Shown: positions 44,001-56,760 of the stretch, in pieces
Layout of the letters: each line of letters begins with the position of its first letter
Numbering within the stretch: position 1 is the first letter of the stretch
Assembly (NCBI GenBank): GCA_034780895.1
Contig: JAUZTB010000069.1
Coordinates: 15,267,397-15,331,396, forward strand
DNA from: Rhynchobatus australiae
Lineage: Eukaryota
Direction: 5' to 3'
Length of the DNA stretch: 64,000 nucleotides
Position numbers and translations under genes: made by a program
The notes under the pieces: model-generated
Databases searched by the model: none
Told to the model about the DNA's origin: nothing
The model's input: the letters and a program-made list of their open reading frames with translations, nothing else

Positions 44001-47000
44001 NNNNNNNNNNNNNNNNNNNNNNNNNNNNNNNNNNNNNNNNNNNNNNNNNNNNNNNTACCTCTTCAAACAGACTCTATGTATTCAAATGCTGGTAGATCCT
44101 GTCCCTCAGAATTCCCTCCAGTAACTTCCCCACTACTGATGTCAGGCTGACGGCCTGTAGTTCCCTGGTTCCTGGCTCTTGGTTTTTAAACTCCACCATT
44201 TATTTTGATCCCAGTATATCCCCACTTTTCCACAACCCTTTGTGTTATCTGCATTTATAGACAGTCAGTAAGGGTTGTCAAATTACTGCTCTCTCCTGCT
44301 TTGTTGTGAATTAGCTACTGGAAATATAATAGGCCACATTATATCACCTGTGCTTATGTTTTTCCCTGTACCTTTTCTAGTACCTCAAGCTTGATGGACT
44401 GATATGAAACTTCAGTAATAATTCTGATTGATATACAGAGAAAATAATTATGCTTCCTTCACAATTTGTGCACCTTTTGATATTTTTTTCATCTTTTGTC
44501 AAAGAAAACACTGTTCCTAATCAATTATGGTCAACTTTCTTGTTTCCTAGGTCAAAACTAGATGAACTGAAGGAAATTCAGAGTTTGAGGAAAAGACAAA
44601 ATGGAGTGAGGTAGGTGTAAAAAGAGCACTTGAACATTACATACAAGGTGTGTGTACCAAATTACACCCTGGTTCTACAAACTATTTTGTTTGGTGGGAT
44701 CAGTGAAAACCACCTTTCAGAGGAGCCACATTAGTGTGTTGTATCTGTGCCAACATAGTTCCTTATTGGCTCTGAACACAAGGGTGGGCGAGGCTTTAAG
44801 TGCATGTGACTATAATATGATTACATTTGAAATTTTAAAAAAAGAGGTTACTAAACCCAGAATAAATGGCCTGATTTTAAGAGAGCAGTTTTCAACTATT
44901 TGCTAAGTCTTAGCAAAGTGGGCCTGTGAAGTTGGAATATGGCCGGGTGAATGGAGAAACTCTGGACTTCCAGGAGGTGAATACATTGGATCAACAAGCA
45001 TCTATTTAAACAAAAAGATACCAAGTTTAAAGGCTCTCTTATCTCATAAAATAAGACTATCAACCCATTCATTAAAAAATGGGGAAAATAGCTAGTAGGA
45101 TCTTTAAATAAAATGGTTCAGAATTAATACTGATTCCTACTAAAAGGCATACTTGGAGCATTTGTATCTCTTTACCACAATTTCTTTGAATTGACCTCTT
45201 TGACCAAGCTATCTCCATATCAGATTGATGTCAAATTTTGCCCAGTTATTTTACTCTTGGATATTTTGCCACGTTAAAGGTGTTATCCAAATACAATTTG
45301 TAATTTTTGTTGAATTTAAAAGGTTATCAAAATGGCAAAATAAAAATCCAAATTTAAACATGATGAGTGGGGATAATTTTTCCAATTGTATTAAGATAAA
45401 CTAGGGAATGGGGAATGGAGAATGATCATTGAATGCAGAATCAGATATGGAAATGACATCTGATTCTGTGCAGCCTGCAAATGTTAAATGTTTTTGCTGA
45501 ATATTCACTGAGGGTTACTTGTTCGATCTGGAGAAGGAATTAAAAGATGTTAATTCAGATACTCTGGTGCAAATTAGCCAGTAATTACTAGCTACTAGTC
45601 AGTGCCAGGGCAATGGAGAAAGGGCCAGTGTTTTCCCTCTTTTTCAAAAAGTAACAAAACAGACCAATGAGTGTAATGTCCTAAGATTGATTATTAGGTT
45701 AAGATTATTAAGTACCTGTATGGAAGTAAAACCATAAAAGCAGACATGGAGTTCATGAAGGGAAGGTCTTGCCAAATTAACTCTTTGAAGGCATGATAAA
45801 GGAACTGGCTGGAAGGAAATTGCTTTAAATGACAACACGGAGCTCATGCGGATCACCCAGGAAACAAGATTCGAAAGATTCCATGATTCTGAATGCTATA
45901 GTGAGTTTCCAGTTTTTGTGGTTTCCACCAAAAGTGAGCCCCAAGAAGAAATAAAATGGCCATTGTGGGGGGGAAAAAAAGCCAGTCTGCCTTAAGTGAA
46001 CTCTCTTCCTTTGCCTGTTACAGTGCTGCCGCCCTGCTGGTTGGGGAGCAAGTACCGGAAGAAACTTCAAATGTAGTAAGTTGTTGCAGTGTTTGTCATT
46101 GTCAGTGTAGCTAATTGGAGTGGGGTCTTGTGTGTTCAGAACATGAAGCAAAATATAAATTACAAGCCTTGGAGATGACCAGCAGTTTAGTCAATGCTAC
46201 CAAAGATGCTGTGCTACAGTTCTTATTTTGCTGTATAATCATAGTTATAGTGCACAGAGGAAGGGCATTGTCCCTGCGTCAGCTCTTTTGACAGTCATCC
46301 AGCTAAAGCCATCACTGTTCTTTCTTTCCTCACAGTTGTGAAAATTTTAGTCCTTGAAATAATCGTCTAATTTACTTGTGGGAGTTATTGGACAGTAATT
46401 TTCAGTTGAAATAATACCAAGGCGAATGCCATCGGGATTCTCTTGTTATGCTACAGTAACTTCAGCCAAGGGCAGATACATCAAGCACTTCACCCACTGC
46501 TACACTTCATTTATAAATACATCATCACATTTAGTTGTTTATACAGCTGGCAAAAGGTCTGCCTGAAGCTGAACAGTTGCTCGTGAACTGTTCCACCAAC
46601 TGCCTGGATAACTATAATGTGTAGCAAATAAATATGTGGGTTTCTTTTTTCATCCATACCTTAAAATTCTCCTTAAAACCTAATCCTTCATCCATGCCTG
46701 CAATTCCTCGCCAAATCTGTCTTTTGGCACTATTGTCTCCCTCTTGTATGTCACATTTGCCCTTTTACGTGAGTAATGTGTAGAAATGCATATGTTGTAA
46801 TGTCTCACTGAGCTAGGAGGTTAACTTTGTCTGATTGCTATGAAGGAAACTTGCAAGAGAATATTATTATTTGGAAATTGTTTTGCAGCATTTTTGTTTC
46901 TTCTGGACAGGATGACCCTTTCAAACTGAAGACAGGTGGTATGATTGATATGAAGATAATAAAAGATCGAAAGCGAGAAAGGTGGGTAATCAGAAAATCC

Positions 47001-50000
47001 ATTTTTGTTCAGTTCATTATTACAGAAGCAATACAGCACGGAAGTAAACCCTTCAGCCCATTGTGCTTGTACCTTGCATTTTTTAAAAAGTAAATCTATA
47101 CTTCGGGTCCAAATAGAGCCGGTTACAGTTTTTGGAATGCCAAATAGCAGCCACACAACTGTTCTTTGTGATGCTCAGCTGTACATTTATATACGTGGAT
47201 CTGTGTTGTTTTTGTGGTATAAAAGAATATGCAGTCTTACTTATTGTTTATATTTCTCATTTCTTTCATTCACCCAAATGGCAAAAAAAATGCAAAGTGC
47301 ACAAAGTAAAGTTTTGTTCACTTGAATTACATCTGAGAAAAGAATGAAAGTACGTAGACTAAAACTCTGACAATCTGCTATCTGAATGTTTGGTTCAGCG
47401 TTTGGCTCACCTGGTTCTGTTTGCCACACTCCCTTTAAAATCACAGGGGCCCGCCCCATTTGCCCTCTTCCAAAACTTTGGAGAATTGCAAGAATGAAGA
47501 GTAATCAATCAACCAGTCCATGGTATAAGGTGCAGGCATTGTTACCATTATAAACTCTCCACAGTCTTGGTACTGTGCCAATGAGGTGAAGAAATTCCAA
47601 TGCAACCCTCAAGCAGAACCTTGATTAATCTGTTGGGGAGTAATAGTGTTTCAGCAGTATTTGATTCCTGGAAACTGACTGAATTGCGTACTTCCTTTTT
47701 CTTTTCCAGAATTGAGGAGGAAGACACAGACTTGAACTTGGGCACGTCATTTTCAGTGGAGACAAATAGACGTGATGAGGATGCTGACATGTATGTTTGG
47801 CTTTGTGTGGCACTTTTGGAAATGCAAAAGTTGCTTTTTGTTTTCTCAAAGCAAAAAGTGCAGGTGCAGAAAATTTGAAATATTAAACAGAAAATGCTGG
47901 AAATAACCCAGGTTAGGAAGCATCTGTGGAGGGAAACAGTGCTTTATTGTTGCAGGTGGATGACTTTGCATCATCCTGAGATGTTAACTGTTTCTGACTC
48001 CACAGATATTTCCTGACCCACTGAGTATTTCAGCATTTTCTGCTTTGTGCACATATTAAATTTAGTACCATGTGTTGGTTTACTCTGACGGTTACCTGAC
48101 CCTTGTGTTGGCCTGTGGCTCATGCAGTATCATCCTGAATTTGCCTTCTAGTTCAAGGCTTGTTTGTTTCAGGGTAAAACAACTGCTCAGAACATGCTTA
48201 TTTGGAGTGTTTGGTGCACTACCTGTTGAACAAGATGATGTTCATCTCCTCTATAATGTGTATTGCTTTTATGGTGAGGAATTCCAGGAGTCTGCTTTTT
48301 TTGATCTGATTGTGAATTAAACAAACCTACACTCACTTTGAGGGAGTTAAATTTGAGGGGCAATTGCAAAAAGCTGGTCAGAATGATTGTTTATAGATTG
48401 CATTGCTCTTTAACTTGCACAAAGCATTTGCACCAATGTTGTCACTGAGTACACTAAGAAATGTTGTCCTTTGAGCTTCAAAACAACTGGAGAGAGTTGA
48501 GGCTGCAACATTGAAACAAACTGATTTGGGGAATGAAAATAATACCCCATGATCTTTCATTATAAAATTATCATGCCTTCGTCTGGTGTTCTTTCACCAT
48601 AGTCCTGCAATCTATTCCAAATCATAACCTCTAGTTTTTAAAAGAAAACAAAATTACCTTAAATCCCTGTCTTCAGGTTATTGACACTCTGGTGGAAAGT
48701 TTTTTCACTATATCAAAACCCTCCATAGTTTTGAACCTCTTAAATTTCATCATCATCTTTGTTGTAATGAGAACGACCTCAGCTGCCTAGTCTCTCCACA
48801 ATGCCAAAGTTTGTTGTATTAATCTAGTAAATCTCCAATGTCTTGATATCATGTAATATTAAAAATAATGAGGACAGATACATTGCTTGACATATTGACA
48901 GTAGATGGAACTAATTTCCTTTTAACTCCCTATCAGCTATCGTAGTTCAGAACAGTAAGAACCTTAAGTTCTTAACCTGTCATTTCTTACTAAGCATCCT
49001 CATTCACTAATATATTGACCACTTGTTCTGTCTTAGGATGAAGTATATTGAGACAGAATTGAAGAGGAGGAAGGGAATCCTGGAGAATGAGGAACAGAAG
49101 ACAAAGGTCAAAAATCCAGAAGATCAGCTCTATGAATTGCCTGACAATATTAACATCTCTTCCGCCAAGCGGACAGAAGAAATGTTATCCAATCAGATGC
49201 TAANNNNNNNNNNNNNAGAAAGGACAGTCATTGAGTAAGTGTTTAATTTATCTCTTTGGTTCAACATTTGAAGAAGCTCCTGAAAATTCTGGTTAGCATG
49301 GTTCCAACTGCACAATGCTCTTAATCTGGAAAATCACTCCATCTCATTGACCTGCATGGTTAGCTATAATAATCATAACAGATGAAGAACTACAGAATTT
49401 ATCTCACTTTATCCAGCAAGTTCCAAAGAGTGGGTAAAATTTCACCATTTAATAAACATATATTGCAGATGCTGGATTGTAAGTCCCTTTTGAGTATGGA
49501 AATGAATAGGTAGATCTCTATCACTGTCTATCACTGTAACAGGGATGAATTTCACACACACAATTTGTATTATGTACTTAGCCTCCATTCACTGCATTTT
49601 GATGGGGAAAAAAAGTAATTGAGAGACTTTTCTGTAGTTTGATCACTGCTGTGGTTTACAGATATTCTATTTCAATAGACATATTAAGTTAACTCTTGCC
49701 CACTGTAAATTCTGCCTGAACTCAATGACTGGCAATAATCATGAGAAATTTAACTTTTGCACTCTGTTTTGAGACTGGAGTTCAGTATTCTGCTAATATG
49801 AGATTCCCTGTAAACATTCATTTGTATAGCAGTGCAGCACAGTCTTCAAAAAGGAATAGATTATCTACCCACTCTGTCCATTCAGTTACCCACAACATTG
49901 TTTTGATGCATTTCTTAAAACAAAATAATCCTGAATTCTTCTCGTTGATGGGGATGTTACCAGTCCTCTTTTGAACCTGACATATTTCTGGGTACTACCA

Positions 50001-53000
50001 TCCTTTCAGATGGTAACTGTGGAACAGACTACTGTTTTAAATTCTTGGCTGAATTTTCACTAGATTATGTTATTCTTAATTTGAAATGTGATCCTTTTTG
50101 ATAAAAGATTTTCAGTGTACTTTTTCAAGAGAAAAATATATCAATACACCAGGAATATTTGGTTGTAGCTATACCTACAAAGAATGTCTACAACGTATCT
50201 GCTGTAGCACAAATGGGAGATCATTCAAGCTGTTATGTATGCTCAGGCAGTCAGAATTTACTTGTTCCATTGCTTCATTGTGCTTTCCTTTATAGTCCTG
50301 AAAATGTTTCCACTTCAAGCATCTATCCAATTCCCTTTTTGAAATTGCTTCTACCATTCTTTAGGCAGTGCATTTCAGATCTTCATCTACTGCATGACTT
50401 TTTCACAAGTTGTCAAAGATTTCCTTTTTTTTAAGTGCAAAAATAAAGAATATTATCAGCACCGAAGAGGCAAAAGCCCAGCTCTTGGCTGAACAACGCA
50501 ATAAAAAGAAGGATAACTGCACCTCCTTTGTGCCCACGAATATTGCAGTCAATTATGTCCAGCATAACCGGTGTAAGTACCATAAAGGACACATTTCGTG
50601 GCTGGTTGCTGTAAATGTTATAATTTTGTGAGTGTTGTTTCCTGTGCAAGTATCTCCCGGGGACAAGCATCTTCAGTTTAGATATAAAAGCAAGAATACT
50701 ATGGATACTGGAAAACTAAAATAAAAACAGAAATGATGGGAAACACTCAACAGGTCAGATGACATCTGTGAAGAGCGAGGAAGAGTTTGTTTTGGGGCAC
50801 TGGCTTTCAGTGACCTTGAGAGAATTATGTTTTTATTATGGAAATGCAGAGGCATGGAAAAGGGAAAGAATAATGTAGAAAGTCAGTGAGGGTGTGGAAA
50901 GGATGAATGACTCAAAGGATGGTGGTATTAGACAGAAGTGGTGGTTTGAGTCCTGGCCTTAAACAGTATTTGTNNNNNNNNNNNNNNNNNNNNNNNNAGG
51001 GAGATACTTTTTTTGTTGTTCGTGACAGCAGGAACCTAGGAAGAGAGCTGAAAGGTGTATAATGATGAAATTACTTTGACCTTTTGATTGAAAGAAGCTA
51101 AAGCAAGATGTGTGTTGTGAATTTGTTCTAATCCCTGTACAATTCCAGCACTTCTTCATTTTGAGAAACAAGTAGAAGAGGTAGTATTAGAACTCAATAT
51201 GTTAATTCTGGTGAACTATGGCAGGCTTATATACAAGGACTGCCACGTTGCTTTAGTTTGTATTTTCTGACTCAGCAGTGAGATTACCCCACAGTGGAGC
51301 TGCCCCTGTGTCTGTGGCTTCAAACCCTTCCTGCATGATTGAAGCTACTGGAATTGACTAACACTCTTCCGCAGTGCTAGTTCTGAAACATCAAAGACTG
51401 TTGGAACAATTACTCATTTTGGGTGAAAGGTCAAATATTTCATGCTGGAGTGTGAAAAGCAGGGAATCTTCTTGTTAGCCTAGCCAACAATCTCCTCACC
51501 ACTGTTATTTGTGGGACCTTGCTGTGTACACAGTGTCTTGTTGCATTCAGTGAAGCTGCTGTATTTCCAAGCTATTTCTTACACTTTTTTGAGATGCAGG
51601 AGAAAGTACCACAATGTTCAGTTGCAGTCCAAAGATGCAACTATTTTATCTGACTGAAACTGAACTCGTATGTAGCCCAATGCATGGAAGGGTGCTGCTA
51701 ATACCAACCACTCCCTCAGAATGCTCTATTTTTCGCAATGCAGTTGTTGTAATGTGTAATTCCAGATTCAAAGGAATTCTGAAAACCCAAAGATAAACCT
51801 GAGTGTAATAGATTGTGTTCTTGCCTGTTATGAATTGACTGCGTGGAAGGAGAGGGAGTAAGGTGTTTATCCAGTTCCTTGCAGAGATGTTATCTTAACC
51901 ATTTGATATCCTCCAAACCTGAACCTCAGGTCACATGCTATTACCCCATAGTAGAGCTGCCACTGTATTTCTACTGCTGCTACCTATATGAAAGTAGCTA
52001 CTTCCTCAGAGGGAATTGGAGAGGAAATTTTTTGAGTTGGTTTTTCCTTTTGTTTTTCTGTCTCTCCCAGGAGATTACAAGACTGTGGGGAATGAGGGAG
52101 GTGTTTAGTTAACAATGTTCCAGTTATCAGTGCTGTGAGACAAGCATAATGGACCAGCATAACTTTTCGTGCTTGCCAATTTCATTGGTCCAACATAACT
52201 AAACACAACTTCATGCAATTGGTATTTGGCAGTCATGGAATAAGAACCTTAGCTGTGGAAAAATTAAGTTTTCTTTACTGCTGTGGAAAGAAATTGCTTT
52301 CCATGGTTACTGAGTAGAGATATGTGGGTCTCAGGGTCATTACAGATACAATTGATTGGCATTTTCATACCAAGTACAAGTTTTAAAAATTTTATGAAAT
52401 TGCTCTTGGCCAAGTGATGCATTTTGTTCTTTTGTAGTCTACCGTGAGGAATTGCATGCACCTGCAAAGCGGAATAAAGAGGAAGCCAAACCTCGGCCGT
52501 TGAGAGTAGGAGACACTGATAAACCAGAACCTGAACGTAAGTAACATCTGTCTTAGTAACAGCCTACTATAAGATCACAACAAGATGTTAAAAAATTCTA
52601 ATTGCTTGCAAGTTAACATCACAGTTAACTACTTGTAATTAATTCAGGGAATGGTCACCTAGAGTGTCCTTAATTGCTCTCTGTGGTTTGTCATACTGTT
52701 GCTGCTCCTAACCTTCAGGATGGGAGAGGGTCCAGTTAGAAGCCATTTGCCTGGATTCGTGCAGCTCCAACAACCAAACAAGTTTGATTGGAATCCTAAA
52801 TATTTACTTCTCCATCTCTGCCACCCAGGGATACAGTGTATACCATTTGCAAAGTACACGCAGTAGTTCAAAGTCTTGGGGTCTTTTCCCAAGCCTGCTC
52901 TGCCGTTCTTCATGATTAAAGCTAATCTGCTATTCCAGCACTATTTTCTTGCACTTTCCCATATTCCTTTATTCCATTTAATATCCCAAAATCTATTAAT

Positions 53001-54976
53001 CTCTGTTCTGTATGAACTGCCTCCTGTCAGGACATGATCACCATGTAAGTTTCTTCTTAAATTAGTCAGAATGTACGTTGCTGTTTCCTCATTCTCTGAG
53101 GAGCTTACAATAGTAAGAGTAGCTTCCTGAGAGAGGGCAACAGTTCCAAAGGCAACTCTTCATCACATACTTGTGGGCAATTAGGAATGGGCAACAAATG
53201 TTTACATTGCTAACAATGTTCACATCCTATAAATGATGTCTCCAACGGGCCCACATTCTATTTTCCTACTTCCCCTCCTAGGATATATAGAACATCTATA
53301 TTGGCATTAACATCCCATTTATGTCCCTTTCTCATACCTCTCACTTTTTGTTCTCTTCATTGCTTGTTATAGCTGTACCACTTCACTGGATTTCCACTTT
53401 TGGATTTGATTTTATTTCTGCCTTATTTTTAGCATGGATGCTTAAGTAAAAAAAAGTATTTCCTCTATCTTTTAGGGTTTGTATTGTCCAAAAAGCTGTT
53501 TTAACATTTGCTTTTTTTTTTAGCNNNNNNNNNNNNCTATTTTCTTATCGTCCCTTTTCAGGTTTATTTGATCTAAATGTTAAACTTCTCCTAGGATTCT
53601 CCCTTATCCCCATCAAATCTAGTAAATTAATTATGGTCACTTAATTTATTCCACTATTGTCATATTGTTAACTAATTCAGGTTATACTGAGAATATTTGA
53701 TTTCTAATCATGCTTAGGTTGTAGCCAGATGTCTAATGATACCCACTGAGCTGTATTTGTAATATTTTGTTCTGTGCACAAAAAAAGTGTAACCCCATCT
53801 TGCCCATCTGTCCTGGGGTTTTCTCCCACATCCATTCTTGCCAATGCTCTCTGGGTTGATAAATAAGCAATTTAGTATGTTCTGAATTTTCAGACAGTTT
53901 GTGTTATTTTTGATGTTTCTTTTGTTGTTGCCTCTTCAAACCTATTCTATCCCTGGAGAATTGGTTATCTATCACTTTTTCTGTGCTGAACTTTGCTCTT
54001 TCCATTTCTTTAAACTACCATTGTAAAAAGCACAAGCCACCATCATGCAGTTTACCTGACTAAGAACTCATTGAGAGGAACACAACTAGATTCTCAGCAA
54101 TAAGGACCTGCACAAAGACAGACTTGTGCAACAAAAATGGCCACGCATTGGGGAACAGGATGCTGGTGGGGATGGAAAGATCTGCCCACAAAACAGCTGG
54201 AGAAAATTAACAACAGGGAGAGCTGTACCAATATCTTGGGTAGCTGTCAGAACTGTCAAATATGGTACGTTTCTGACACAAACATTGAAAAACGAGACTG
54301 TTCAAACTATTAAATTAACATTTAATGTTTTAAATTGTCTCCTCCATTGAAAACAATGGAAAAAAGCTTCCTACACTAGGTCTAACTTGATGGGTTGTTC
54401 AAGCAAATTCTCCACCACAAATGGCAAATAGGCATTGCTGCAATGCTCACCAGAATCTGAGTTCTCCAACACTGGAGAGTTGGGGAAAACAACCAAAAAC
54501 TACTGACATTGCATGAATGTATGCTGACATTTCCCAGCAAAAAATTGACCCATTATTTACACCCAGATCTTCTCCTTCGATGGTTTAAATCCCTTTTTGA
54601 AATGTATCCTCTTGTACTGCATCCTACTGGCTATTATAGTAAGTACTTTTTGGTGTATATTAAAATGCAAATGGGTTAAGCCAACATGAAATTTTTTGAT
54701 TCTTTTGAGTTTTTTCCCCACATTAAATAGCATGAGTACTTGAAAGTACATCACTCAAAAGCTGATGTTTACATGTTTGATCTTCTTCAAGAGTAACTAT
54801 GGGTCAACTGTATTGACATTTTTAAATTCTGGATTTTGTGTTAAGACAACAAAGCTATTAAAAATATTGCTTTTGCATATGCAGAATCTCCTCCAAATCG
54901 CAAACGTCCTTCAAATGAAAAGGCAACTGATGACTACCATTACGAAAAGTTCAAGAAAATGAGCAGAAGATACTGA
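40860..54976 (+). CDS. C9orf78: Splicing factor C9orf78 (TLS1 homologue), complete spliced CDS, 9 exons, 289 aa
   Basis: Exons of 80+60+52+71+81+198+137+99+92 = 870 nt with all phases consistent. Motifs include DDPFKLKTGG, FSVETNRRDEDADMMKYIETEL, AKIKNIISTEEAK, FVPTNIAVNYVQHNR and EKATDDYHYEKFKK. Confidence 0.95.
42050..42815 (-). mobile_element. CR1 LINE ORF2 fragment
   Basis: Reverse strand gives DVSKALNK..HGRL.WK, W...WQM..NPDKCEV.HFG, E.R.LGVQVH..LK, LV..NLEYCVRFWSP. Confidence 0.82.
42820..43065 (+). mobile_element. V-type SINE, same head as the copy at 1999
   Basis: AACGCTATTACAG...GGTTCGATTCCC, V-domain, AATAAA tail. Confidence 0.8.
43085..43628 (+). mobile_element. CR1 LINE 3' fragment
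   Basis: LVRPQLKYCM.FWSP, PLEQRRLRG, FFTQRVV.IW relics; (CTCTGTGA)n tail. Confidence 0.8.
43650..43955 (+). mobile_element. Rex1/Babar-type LINE ORF fragment
   Basis: VERMSSFKILGINISDDLSW..H and LRRFGMPPKILANFYRCTVESILTGCITAWCG...KRLQRV. Confidence 0.8.
44551..44610 (+). CDS. C9orf78: C9orf78 exon 2 (SKLDELKEIQSLRKRQNGV)
   Basis: tag acceptor, gtaggt donor, 60 nt. Confidence 0.92.
46024..46075 (+). CDS. C9orf78: C9orf78 exon 3 (AAALLVGEQVPEETSNV)
   Basis: cag acceptor, gtaagt donor, 52 nt. Confidence 0.92.
46911..46981 (+). CDS. C9orf78: C9orf78 exon 4 (DDPFKLKTGGMIDMKIIKDRKRE)
   Basis: cag acceptor, gtgggt donor, 71 nt. Confidence 0.93.
47710..47790 (+). CDS. C9orf78: C9orf78 exon 5 (IEEEDTDLNLGTSFSVETNRRDEDAD)
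   Basis: cag acceptor, gtatgt donor, 81 nt. Confidence 0.94.
49037..49234 (+). CDS. C9orf78: C9orf78 exon 6 (MKYIETELKRRKG...EEMLSNQML..), contains a 13-N gap
   Basis: tag acceptor, gtaagt donor, 198 nt, frame kept; bases after the gap look unreliable. Confidence 0.88.
50436..50572 (+). CDS. C9orf78: C9orf78 exon 7 (AKIKNIISTEEAKAQLL...FVPTNIAVNYVQHNR)
   Basis: aag acceptor after a T-run, gtaagt donor, 137 nt. Confidence 0.93.
52438..52536 (+). CDS. C9orf78: C9orf78 exon 8 (YREELHAPAKRNKEEAKPRPLRVGDTDKPEPE)
   Basis: tag acceptor, gtaagt donor, 99 nt. Confidence 0.93.
54885..54976 (+). CDS. C9orf78: C9orf78 exon 9 coding part (SPPNRKRPSNEKATDDYHYEKFKKMSRRY*)
   Basis: cag acceptor, TGA at 54974-54976. 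Confidence 0.94.
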
Positions 54977-55899
54977 TGGGTGGTACAAACTATTCCAGCT
55001 GTTAATGCATTTTAAATGGCTCAAGTGACAATGTAACTGCAGAGGTATTCTCTTGCAAGAGTAAACCTATAATTCTATCCAATGTTCGTCAAAGAAAGTT
55101 GAAAACCACAGAACACTGCGGTAGGATAATGGGCACAAAACCACAAATGCCGAGAGAAGGTCCTTCCTTCACACTGTTTTGAACTATTTTCATTGCTTTG
55201 TATCTGAGCTGAATGGTATGGAAAATGTTTAAAACAAACTGAATAGAACAGGGAAAATTTGAAGCAAGATGACTCTATTTTAAGTGACCTACTCTGGTTC
55301 ATGTGTCAATTTTCATATCAGAATTTTGGGTCAAAGTTGAATTGAAGGAATCTGATGGCTCTCAACAATCAGAAGAAGCCATTGTGACCTGTTCCAGTGC
55401 TTCTGTCAATCTGACAGTGATATCTTAAAAATGCACTGTGTCACATGTGTTCCATGGGTGGCACTGCTGTTGTTGAAGCTAGTTAATCTCATCTCTTTAA
55501 ATGGGATTTGAATTCCCTTATTTCATTCATCTGCAAATAGGCAAATTACTATAGATTAAGTTGGAGATTATTATTATAGACTGTATCTTTGTGTTTGTAA
55601 ATGTATCCAAGATAAATTTCTTGTTCAATGATTTTCTATAAATGCTTTTCTAATTTATTGTTTGGCCTTCTGTTTGCAATTGGTACTGCATTTGGGGGAA
55701 ATGTATATTAGAGATGATATGTAGAGTTCCCAACATTCATAAAGATATATTGGGTAAAGCAATGTAAGAGGATGAAATACAGCACTAGGTCACAAGGCTC
55801 TTCCCATCTCTGTCATTCATTAAGACCACAGCTGATCAAGTCTACGTTCTTACCTGATACCCATATCCTTTCTAAGATGGAACACTGAACAAAAATTTC

Positions 55900-56760
55900 T
55901 GTCCAAATAACCCAAGAGTTTGTTAGTATTGGAAAGGGAAAGACAATTGATATGTACTTCCAAAATGCTTTTGATAAAGTGCCAAATAATAGGCTTACCA
56001 TCAGAATCAGGTTTATTATCACTGACATATGTCATGAAATTTGTTTTGTGGCAGCAGTACAGTGCAAGACATAAAGATTACTATGTTATGAAAATTAATA
56101 AATAGTGCAAAGTTTCAAGTTTGAAAGCTGTGAAATGAAATGGCCTGTAGTAGGATGGATAGAAAATTGGCTAAGAGGTGGAAATAGTAGTGATGGGTTG
56201 TTTTTTGAAATGGAGGGAAGTTTACTGTGAAATTCCCCAGGAGTTGGTATGCTGACATCTAAAGTCATTAATGATTTGAAATTGGGTATACATAGCATAA
56301 TCTCCAAATTTGCAGAGGACAAAATCTAGAGGCATAGTGAGGGGCATAGATTAGGTGAATGAACAGTCNNNNNNNNNNNNNNNNNNNNNNNNNNNNNNNN
56401 NNNNNNNNNNNNNNNNNNNNNNNNNNNNNNNNNNNNNNNNNNNNNNNNNNNNNNNNNNNNNNNNNNNNCTTCCCCCAGGGAAGGGAATCAAAAACTAGAG
56501 GGCATAGATTTAAGGTAAGGGGGAAAGATTTAAAAGGGACTGGAGGGACAACTTCATGCAGAGGGTGGTGCATATTATGGAATGAGCTGCCAGAGAAACT
56601 GGTTGAGGCAGGTACAATAACAACATTTAAAAGACACTTGGACAAATATATGGCTGGGAAAAGTTTAGAGGGAAAATGGACCCAGCTCAGATGGGCATCT
56701 TGTTTGGCGTGGACGTTGGGCTGAATGGCCTGTTTCCATGCTGTATTAATCTGATTATGA
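55900..56760 (+). mobile_element. CR1 LINE fragments, with a Rex/Babar-like 3' tail inserted on the minus strand at ~55998-56105
   Basis: YFQNAFDKVP, GWIENWL, ISKFAED, ESKTRGHRFKVRG, WNELPE.LVEAGTITTFKRHLDKY. Confidence 0.78.

Noticed and set aside
49204-49234. C9orf78 exon 6 reads ERTVID where the conserved motif is (SGIPE)VDLGID
   Set aside because: It directly follows a 13-N gap and exon length is preserved, so it is most likely low-quality gap-edge sequence rather than real divergence.
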